From Candidatus Hadarchaeota archaeon (GTDB lineage Archaea; CAYQAE01; CAYVLA01), in contig CAZUNO010000003.1 in the NCBI GenBank assembly GCA_964621445.1, forward strand, positions 138,306 through 202,305: a DNA stretch of 64,000 bases, given 5' to 3'. Positions within the stretch are counted from its first letter, which is position 1, and each line of letters opens with the position of its first letter. The notes under the pieces are model-generated. The model ran no database searches and was not told where the DNA came from. It worked only from the letters and a program-made list of their open reading frames with translations. A program made the translations under genes and the position numbers. Below, one piece after another: positions 56,559-64,000 of this stretch.

Positions 56559-58589
56559 CTAGCCGCTCACCTCCAGTTCGCGGGCGAGTTTCTCAAAGCA
56601 GGCAACCAATCTCGATGTTTCATCATTCGTGGGTTCCAGCCCCCGGAAGACCGCCTTTTCATATATCCTGGTCATGTCCCGGGATGCGGCCTTGGCCTGG
56701 CGGGATATCTCCTTCGATTGCAGCAGCTCCAGTATCTCGGTATGCGTCTTACCGCTGAGATCAATGGTATAGGCACCGGACACGAGGCCGACCAGCCTGA
56801 TGAAGTACTCCGCTACCTCTCGTCTTCCCTCGCTCATCCGGGCTTTCTCGGCCCCCACGGGCTCATCCTTCTCGGCCTGCTCCGGGATCTTGGTTGGAGT
56901 CGCGGGGCCATGATCTCTTTTCCCTGGGTGATGGGCGGTTTCCTCCGGTTCGGCGCTGCGTATTCTTGGTCTTATTGTCCTGGCGATTGCCAGGCCAACT
57001 GCCAGCAGGGAGAGTGCGCCCACCACCAGGGCCATCCTGCCAATGCCCTGGCCTTTGGGGTTGATTTGGATCCGGTAGGTCGAGCTGTTAGAGGGCTGGA
57101 GTCCTGGATCATCCGAGATGTAAGCTGCCTTAATCTCGTAAAGGCCCTTTGTGTCCGGGTCAATCAGTGGTTTTATGATGAATTCGCCCTCATCGTTAGT
57201 GGAGTCGCTCCACCTGGGCTCTCCCTGCCAGTAAATGGAGATGTTCTTCCCGCCCAGTGGAGTGCGGTGGGTGAAGGTTTCCAAATTTCCCGAGATGGTT
57301 ATGATCTTTCCCCCATCGGCGGTATCCGGTACCCTGAGGTATAGCACGGTTTCCCTTGGTATCAGACCCTGGTAGGTGACATTGATGGTGACGAAATCGG
57401 ATCGGCTGGCGCGCTCGTCATAGTTACCGGCGTAGTAGGATCTAAACAGGGCCATGCCCGTCTTCTTGGGTAGCCCGAGGTGCAGGGAGTAAAGACCAAA
57501 GTATCCGGTTCTTGCCGATAGTGGAGTGGTCAGGTTGGGTGACTGAATGGTTATGTTCCTCTCAGTTAACCCGCGCCCCCAGTCATCGTATAGCCTTCCG
57601 GATAGCTTGATGGACCCGCCTGGATTCCCCTGGCTAGAGGACGCCCTAATATCGAGGTTGGTGTGAATCAGTTCCCTTCCCTGGATGGTTATTCGAACGA
57701 CATTTGACATAGACGTTGAGATATTCAGGTTTGGTCCCGGTTCCAGGATGGCAACTGCTGGATAGGTGCCGGATATGATTCCCTCTTCGGTTTCCCATCG
57801 GAGGTCGAATGAGCCATCGCCGCGAGTGGTAACCATCTCGGAATGTCTCAGGAAGTTAATCTCAATTACTTCACCGGCCAGAGGGGAACCAAACCTGTTG
57901 AGGTGACCGCTAAAGGATATGGAATCACCTGCCGGAACTGTAATGGGATCGGCCGAGAGTTCGAACTCGATCCCGGTCTCACCTTGGTCCACGCGGTTCT
58001 TCTCCTCCCTGATGATCTGGACATAGCTCGAGGTCCTTTCCGTCATCTGGCCGACCCTCTCCATGAGCCCGCCTTTATCAATGAACGAGGGCAGGGAGAG
58101 GACCTCGGATTTCAGTTTTCCGATGCGGGAGCTCAATTCCTCTAGGTCCTGTTCGGCCTCGGCTGCCTCCACCAGGATCCGAGATTCATCCCGGGCGGCC
58201 TGCAGCGACCGGAGCGACCGCGTCAATTCCATGTGGGTAGCGATAACCTCCTGGCAGGACTCCCCTAAGGAGGAGAGCGAGTCGGTCGAAAAATCCTCCT
58301 CTAGGATCAGGGCCTGTATCCCCCTGGTATTCAGGTCAGACCTGAATTTGGAGATGTTGCCCACGGTATTCCTATAGGTTTGAATGGTTGAATTTGCCTG
58401 CTCAAACTCCTCCGAGAGGGAGTGGGATAATGACATGCTAACCTCGTCAACGAGATTCTGGTATAATCCGATGACCGAGGTATTGTCGGCCTCGGGTAGG
58501 GTCCTGTAGTTCCGGTGGTAGGGAGGGAGGGCCAGGGATGGAGGAATGAGGAGTAACAGGAACAGAAGGAGAAATGGCCTACGGGTCAT
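56559..58589 (-). CDS. Secreted Ig-like/helical protein with TM and C-terminal DUF4129-like domain
   Basis: Start MTRRPFLL overlapping the upstream stop; T..DG.F Ig repeats; TH.E..T.IYEKAVF. Confidence 0.7.
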   Translation of the reverse strand: MTRRPFLLLFLLLLIPPSLALPPYHRNYRTLPEADNTSVIGLYQNLVDEVSMSLSHSLSEEFEQANSTIQTYRNTVGNISKFRSDLNTRGIQALILEEDFSTDSLSSLGESCQEVIATHMELTRSLRSLQAARDESRILVEAAEAEQDLEELSSRIGKLKSEVLSLPSFIDKGGLMERVGQMTERTSSYVQIIREEKNRVDQGETGIEFELSADPITVPAGDSISFSGHLNRFGSPLAGEVIEINFLRHSEMVTTRGDGSFDLRWETEEGIISGTYPAVAILEPGPNLNISTSMSNVVRITIQGRELIHTNLDIRASSSQGNPGGSIKLSGRLYDDWGRGLTERNITIQSPNLTTPLSARTGYFGLYSLHLGLPKKTGMALFRSYYAGNYDERASRSDFVTINVTYQGLIPRETVLYLRVPDTADGGKIITISGNLETFTHRTPLGGKNISIYWQGEPRWSDSTNDEGEFIIKPLIDPDTKGLYEIKAAYISDDPGLQPSNSSTYRIQINPKGQGIGRMALVVGALSLLAVGLAIARTIRPRIRSAEPEETAHHPGKRDHGPATPTKIPEQAEKDEPVGAEKARMSEGRREVAEYFIRLVGLVSGAYTIDLSGKTHTEILELLQSKEISRQAKAASRDMTRIYEKAVFRGLEPTNDETSRLVACFEKLARELEVSG

Positions 58590-59203
58590 GGTCCATCCTC
58601 CTCGTATTTTGGCTCTGCGAGTAAAAACCTTGCAAAGATTATGGTGGTTAGCCCCGCTATGATGGCCGTATGGAAGGTTGCCGCCTCGGGGCTGGTGGAG
58701 TATTGCTCCAGTATATCCCAGTTCGAGAAGACCAGCATGAGTGATGAAAGTATAACCACCAGAATGAGCGAAGCCTTGAGCAGAGCCCTTCCCCTGAACA
58801 CCACCCTCGCCTTGGCGGTCGCCCCTTCGATGGTCAGGATTGTCTCCAGGAGTACTAGAAGGGGTATTCCCAGGGCCAGGCACAGGAAGCCGATCTCGAA
58901 GGCCTTTGCTGTTACGAAGGCCGGGATATCAAAGACAAATCCCGGAGTTAGCGCCATGAGACCCCATCCCAGGGTCGAGGTCGTGCGAAGTGAAAGCACC
59001 AACCCCACGGTCACCAGGATGAGCCCCGTAAACAGGGCGGTTGCCTGATAGGGATGGGAGACGAATATCTGATGCCAGGGCACTTCTAGGCCGAAATAGA
59101 GGACGAAGAGGGTGATGTAGATCCCGCATGCTACCCCCAGTATCCTGACCCCGTCGATTTGAGGCCGGATGACGATGTAGTCGGGGAGAGGATTTACATC
59201 CAT
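58586..59203 (-). CDS. Membrane protein of the MoxR operon
   Basis: About 6 hydrophobic helices; tight gene spacing. Confidence 0.65.
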   Translation of the reverse strand: MDVNPLPDYIVIRPQIDGVRILGVACGIYITLFVLYFGLEVPWHQIFVSHPYQATALFTGLILVTVGLVLSLRTTSTLGWGLMALTPGFVFDIPAFVTAKAFEIGFLCLALGIPLLVLLETILTIEGATAKARVVFRGRALLKASLILVVILSSLMLVFSNWDILEQYSTSPEAATFHTAIIAGLTTIIFARFLLAEPKYEEDGP

Positions 59204-59207
59204 GCTT

Positions 59208-60650
59208 TCAGCCTCTTGATAGCCTCTTGGAGAGCTCCAGGGATGCCTCCTTGCCCTTCTCCACCTCTATGACCAACGCTCCCATTCTCTCCAGTCTCCT
59301 CATTAGCGATCTCTTTGATTGGTATTCGAGGTACAAGTTCTCTAGAATATCTGCAGTGATATCCTCTTTCCGGGCCTCAAAGACCGAGGACAGAGGCGTT
59401 ACAACGATAAGCAGGTGACCTCGGCGGAGGATTATCTTGCTTGCCAGCTGGAGGGATTTGGGATTGGTTTTGAGATCGGAATAGACCACTACAACCCCGG
59501 ATTTGGCATTTTCCTGGACCAACCTCTCCACCGCGGCATAGATGCCTGCTGCCTTTTTGGAGCTCTTTACGGTTCGACGGCCGAAGAAGGGAAGAATCCT
59601 CTGTATAAGGGGGGATTCCGAGTCCTCTTCATCGTCTGGTATCTCGATCCCTCGGGGCTTGGTCCTGGTTGTTCCGCTCTTGGGAATCTTGGAAAGGGTA
59701 TGCAGAAGATTGGCTGGCCTCGACCTCCCCTTGCTCGGGGGCTCGAAGTCCAGCACCCTGTGCTCGTCATAGAGTCCCATTGCCACCGGATAACCGCGCT
59801 TTGATAGGTGACTCGCCATCTGGGCGGCATGAAAAACGGATTGGTCGAGCTTCGATATCTCCCCGGGAGCGGGCTTTAGCCTCATCGAACGTGAGCAATC
59901 CAGGAGCATGTAGATGCTGCCCCGGGTCTCATCATAGGTGAGCTTGGTCATGAGCTTGGCCAACCTCGATGATGCCTTCCATTCGATGGAATCTGAGGAG
60001 TCATCAGACACGTATTGGCGAAGACCGGCGAACTCGTAACCCCGGCCCAGGTGGTCCGAGGGGGCGGTCCCGGATGCGGTGATCCTCTCTCTCTTCAACA
60101 GGATCTCGCCTTTCTTGAACTTCTCCAGCGGCGGCTGGACATCCACCGTAAGCTCCTGGCTATCTATTACCCGGGTGGACATCAATCCCCGTTCGTCCAT
60201 GATCTCCATCTGGAAAGTATCCAGTGTCAGTTTGCCCCTGGCGATGGGGCGGAGGATGTAGGAGAGGTTGGCACTTGCCTGTGGCTCGATAACCGTTCGC
60301 ATCCCTTCCTGGCCCGAGGCGATCTCCGCTTCCGGGGGTATTTGATCGGTGATCTCCAGCAGGGTAGCATTTGGGGAGCTGTTGTAGATTTCCAGGGAGG
60401 AGTGAAATACCTGGTTCTGGAAGGCTCTTTTTTTTCCGTGTCTGGTGGCGGAAAGCTGGGTGTTCCTAAGCTGCTGATCGTAGCTGAACCTGGCGAAGGT
60501 TAGATAGGCTAGCAGCAGTGATCCCAACAGGGTTGGGACCAGGTTGTTGAGGGCGTATCCCTGCGCGAAAAGGAGAATGGATAGGGTTATGAGGATCTTT
60601 CCCTGGGTGGTAAGTCCAATCTCTTCCCTGGCAGATATATTGCCGTTCAA
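59208..60650 (-). CDS. DUF58 domain protein (vWA-like)
   Basis: EFAGLRQY..D..IEWKASSR, LLDCSRSM, SKLD, YSDL. Confidence 0.9.
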   Translation of the reverse strand: MNGNISAREEIGLTTQGKILITLSILLFAQGYALNNLVPTLLGSLLLAYLTFARFSYDQQLRNTQLSATRHGKKRAFQNQVFHSSLEIYNSSPNATLLEITDQIPPEAEIASGQEGMRTVIEPQASANLSYILRPIARGKLTLDTFQMEIMDERGLMSTRVIDSQELTVDVQPPLEKFKKGEILLKRERITASGTAPSDHLGRGYEFAGLRQYVSDDSSDSIEWKASSRLAKLMTKLTYDETRGSIYMLLDCSRSMRLKPAPGEISKLDQSVFHAAQMASHLSKRGYPVAMGLYDEHRVLDFEPPSKGRSRPANLLHTLSKIPKSGTTRTKPRGIEIPDDEEDSESPLIQRILPFFGRRTVKSSKKAAGIYAAVERLVQENAKSGVVVVYSDLKTNPKSLQLASKIILRRGHLLIVVTPLSSVFEARKEDITADILENLYLEYQSKRSLMRRLERMGALVIEVEKGKEASLELSKRLSRG

Positions 60651-60670
60651 AGACCAATCTCCGATGGTTG

Positions 60671-61666
60671 CTATTCTCTGGGGACGGGTACCTTATGGAG
60701 AACCTCATCGATAACGGTATCCGGCGTTATCTCCTCCAACTCGGCATCGACGGTGAGCATCAATCGGTGGAGGAGGACCGGTTTTGCCAGCTCCTTTACG
60801 TCATCCGGGGTTGCGTATGGCCGGCCGGACACGAAGGCCCTGGCCTTGACGGCTCTCAGGTAGTGTTCCGAAGCTCTGGGGCTGGCTCCCAGTTGTACGT
60901 TTTCGTTTGCCCTTGTTGCCAGCACCAGGTCCCGTATGTACTGGAGGACCGGGCGCTCAACATGGATGGCCTTGCATCCTTCGATTAACCTGGACAGGCT
61001 TTCGGGGTCGGTGACCAGTTCCGCAGGGTCGGGGTCCAGGGAGAGGTTCTTCATCTGGAGCATCAATAGCTCTGCATCCTCCCCGGGGTAGCCCACCTCC
61101 AGCTTGAACAGGAACCTGTCGATCTGAGCCTCGGGCAGAGGGTAGGTGCCCTCCAGCTCTATAGGGTTTTCGGTGGCCATCACCATGAATGGGAGTTGCA
61201 TGGGAAGGGTCTTGCCCTCGATGGTGGCCTGCCTCTCCTGCATGCACTCCAGCAGCGCGGACTGGGTCTTTGGGGGACTCCTGTTGATCTCATCTGCCAG
61301 CACGATGTTGGCGAATATGGGGCCCTTGCGGAGCGAGAAGGAGCCATCGGCGGGGCTGTACACGTAGTTGCCAAGTATATCCGCGGGAAGCAGGTCAGGG
61401 GTGAACTGGACCCTGGAGAAGTCAAGTCCCAGGCCTTCCGAGAACCGCTTTATCAAGGTGGTCTTGGCCACGCCGGGAACCCCCTCCAGCACCGCGTGGC
61501 CCTCCGCCAGGAGGCAGGTGAACAGGAGGTCGCAGAGATCGTCCATACCCACAAGGGCCTTTCCCATCTCCTCCCTCAGGGAGTTCGATAGCATCGATGC
61601 ATCATTTGATAGTTCCTCTAGCTTCGCTCTCTCCGTTTCCTGCATCTCCGTCTCTTCAACAACCAA
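60671..61666 (-). CDS. MoxR-family AAA+ ATPase
   Basis: EGVPGVAKT, QFTPDLLPADI, DEINRSPPKTQSALLE, GTYPLPEAQIDRF, GASPRA. Confidence 0.95.
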   Translation of the reverse strand: MVVEETEMQETERAKLEELSNDASMLSNSLREEMGKALVGMDDLCDLLFTCLLAEGHAVLEGVPGVAKTTLIKRFSEGLGLDFSRVQFTPDLLPADILGNYVYSPADGSFSLRKGPIFANIVLADEINRSPPKTQSALLECMQERQATIEGKTLPMQLPFMVMATENPIELEGTYPLPEAQIDRFLFKLEVGYPGEDAELLMLQMKNLSLDPDPAELVTDPESLSRLIEGCKAIHVERPVLQYIRDLVLATRANENVQLGASPRASEHYLRAVKARAFVSGRPYATPDDVKELAKPVLLHRLMLTVDAELEEITPDTVIDEVLHKVPVPRE

Positions 61667-61679
61667 TTAACGCATCCTC

Positions 61680-61952
61680 CTATCCTCTCAGTATCTCGAT
61701 CACCCTAACCAGCACGATTATCAGAAAGACCAGGAAACCGGCATAGGCACAGGTGGATACCTTTTCCCGGAGACTCCTGGTTGCATACCCCGAGGCTAGC
61801 TCGGCGCTGATGAGCAAACCTATGGTCAGTAAGGTGGCCAGTATGGATAGCTGGTCGAGGCCACTGCTGTCCTGTGCGAGCAGAACCAGAAGCCAGGAAA
61901 ATGTGAGCCATCCGGTCATCCCCATAACTAATAGATCAACCAGCCTTGCCAA
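61680..61952 (-). CDS. Small 3-TM membrane protein
   Basis: Hydrophobic C-terminal part of the tracked ORF; TTG start immediately after the upstream gene. Confidence 0.55.
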   Translation of the reverse strand: MARLVDLLVMGMTGWLTFSWLLVLLAQDSSGLDQLSILATLLTIGLLISAELASGYATRSLREKVSTCAYAGFLVFLIIVLVRVIEILRG

Positions 61953-61954
61953 CT

Positions 61955-62731
61955 TCAGGTCCCCACCCTTGTCAATGTTACACTGACCCTGTTCCGGGCA
62001 GCCTCGTATTCCAGGGACTCCAGACGGAGGGCAACATCCATGGACCTCGATAACGCCTCGCATAGGCAGGAGCACAGGGGGCACCCCACCCTTGTGCACG
62101 AGAAGAGCTCCCTCTCGCAAAGATCGGAGGAAGCGGGGGACCGGATCACGAATGATGGTTCCTGCTCATCGATCTCGATGTATGAAGCCAGGCCGAACCC
62201 GTGGGATAGAAGAGGTGGCACCATGGTGGCCACGGTGCTGGGTTCCAGATCCTCTATCCTGGCCTCCAACTCGCCCTCCAACAACGAGCATAGATGGTGA
62301 CCCGGGGGCGATATCAGAATGCCAAGCTCGCCGGCGTCTGCTCCGGTTAGAAAGGTGGGGTCTCCCCGAAGATCGGGAATACTTACATCACCCTTCTTGA
62401 CCGGGAGGAAAACCCTCGGTTCCCCAACGTAGTCATTCGGCAGGTAGATACCCCTCCCGTGGATTTCCAGTTCGCTGATTATTCTATCGAGGTTCTCCAG
62501 GCTAGCGGAAAATCCGGATGCCAGGGTTTCGGCCTTCACGTACCGTTCCGTGGACATCACGCTGGTGTATATGCCCAGGAAGGTGGTCCCCGTTCCCAGA
62601 ACCAGGGCTAGATTCTTTGGGTCCTCGGGTACTCCCAGAAAATCCATGACCTGGCCCCACATGAGGTAGGCGAGAACCATGGCCAAGCCGATCACGGTCA
62701 GCGTGTATCCTGTGAATCGGGTTCTGTCCAT
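61955..62731 (-). CDS. Membrane-anchored archaeal protein with a Cys-rich (CTRVGCPLCS) V4R-like C-terminus
   Basis: Two N-terminal TM helices, GIYLP, PPG..L, C..GCPLCS. Confidence 0.6.
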   Translation of the reverse strand: MDRTRFTGYTLTVIGLAMVLAYLMWGQVMDFLGVPEDPKNLALVLGTGTTFLGIYTSVMSTERYVKAETLASGFSASLENLDRIISELEIHGRGIYLPNDYVGEPRVFLPVKKGDVSIPDLRGDPTFLTGADAGELGILISPPGHHLCSLLEGELEARIEDLEPSTVATMVPPLLSHGFGLASYIEIDEQEPSFVIRSPASSDLCERELFSCTRVGCPLCSCLCEALSRSMDVALRLESLEYEAARNRVSVTLTRVGT

Positions 62732-64000
62732 CTATATCCCTGTTCTCAACATTTCAAGCCGGGCCAAGGTGCATATCTCGTCATTTTTACCGTGGCACTC
62801 GACCAGGGACTTGAATCCTTAAAAATTGCTCACAGTATTGGAAAATTGATGAGAAGATTGACTATAAACTTTCCAGAGGATTCCCGCTAATTGGTAAACC
62901 GGTCGGCTGGGATCCAGAGGAAAAGCCCGGAATGTTCTGAATTACTTTCTGCTTCGTCCTGAAGATTTTAGAACTTCCTTCAGGGAAGGAGTTCCGACGG
63001 ATGCTGGATTGGTGGGAGAATTTCCAAGGAAGAAGGACATAACAAGGGGAGGAAGTGAAGAGGATAATCCGGGAATATGGAGAGGTGATAGACGACTTGA
63101 TTTTTGGGATTTAGGAGCTTGTTCCGGAAATCCGCTTCGAGACTGAGGGCTTTGCCGGGGTGTTTCAGGGTTCCGTTCCCGGTCAATAGCTTTGCGTTGA
63201 CTATCTGCACAGTGATAGGATCATTCCGTCCGCAAAATGGAAGTCGCTGCATTTCTCAATAATTTCGGTCTTTATCTTACCGGCTTGGTCTGCGGAGCTA
63301 AAGGCCAATGGTAAATATACGACGATGAAGTGGTTAGGCGTTCCAGGTATATGGGAACATATTACGACTGGATATTGCTTCTCCTGTACCCGATCTTTCT
63401 CTTTACCTCTTCCGAATTCTCATACGAGACAGCAGATACTGAGTTCCTGGCAATTATCAAGTTGGTTTCCGATTTCTGCTCTCAGTCCAGTAATCAAACC
63501 TTTCACCTTCATATGCTCCGTTTCGGTCCCCATGTGTATGAGTCACGGACCCGGTACATCTCTTGGGTCTCGTGGAATTTGCTTTGCCTCTGTTCCTGAC
63601 CGTCTCTATGAGGTCCGAGCTTGCCGTATCTTTCTGGAGGCCAATCGCCTCATCCTATCTTCCATTTCCTCACTTTTGAGGGGTCCGACCCGGATATGGA
63701 CATTCTTCCCTTGTTTCTACCTTCACGGCATGTAGATCGTGGACCCACCGGCTTGCCGCGTACCGAACCGGGACAGGGGGGGTGGAGTGAAGAAGATAAG
63801 ATCCTCTCCCTGACACGCCTGATGCAGGACCTCGAGGAGAAAGGGCAGTGATAGGAAGACGCAGGCACCCGGGCCAGGTATACCGGCAAATGGGTAACCC
63901 TATCCTCCGGGAACTCTATCACCAACTCGACTGCCTGATATATAGTGTAGAGGCTCGGGAATGGGCTCTGTCAGGGCTTCGTTTCAAGTTTACCTACCGG

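Noticed and set aside
58590-58883. N-terminal 98 aa of the tracked 774-aa ORF, and similar extensions at 8866-8940, 28389-28840, 48138-48335 and 61953-62120
   Set aside because: They overlap neighbouring genes or promoters; better starts or a frameshift junction lie downstream.
62760-64000. Short ORFs at the right end
   Set aside because: They are overlapping fragments with no recognisable motifs, probably decayed genes; no product can be supported.

Overview
This window comes from an archaeal chromosome, judged from the Sm-rpl37e operon, BHB-intron tRNAs, TATA/BRE promoters and many TTG/GTG starts. A TACK-like lineage is inferred only from the non-canonical tRNA intron. 1-12.7 kb: a near-complete H4MPT/methanofuran/F420 cofactor-biosynthesis cluster (DUF447, DHPS-like, mptG, RimK-like, mfnB/E/F/D, HisA-like, nucleotidyltransferase, cofC). 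It is interrupted by an AT-rich, strand-skewed zone holding an ExeA-like AAA+/wHTH gene and two long non-coding tracts, a candidate origin or DNA-loading locus. 12.7-22.3 kb: housekeeping genes, a GGCT-like ORF with no standard start codon, a tRNA-Ala(GGC) with two introns, a candidate ~96-nt structured ncRNA with its own TATA box, and an intron-containing tRNA-Val(GAC). 22.3-49.6 kb: an accessory region with three paralogous surface GATase1-like proteins, a three-component glycosylation module, a frameshifted beta-helix enzyme, a 3045-aa double-gingipain (C25) surface protein, three VapBC modules and pseudogenes. 49.7-62.7 kb: a (GY)n and Ig-repeat surface protein that probably starts at ATT, and a MoxR-DUF58-DUF4129-DUF4350 operon. 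I saw no CRISPR array, rRNA, integrase or transposase.
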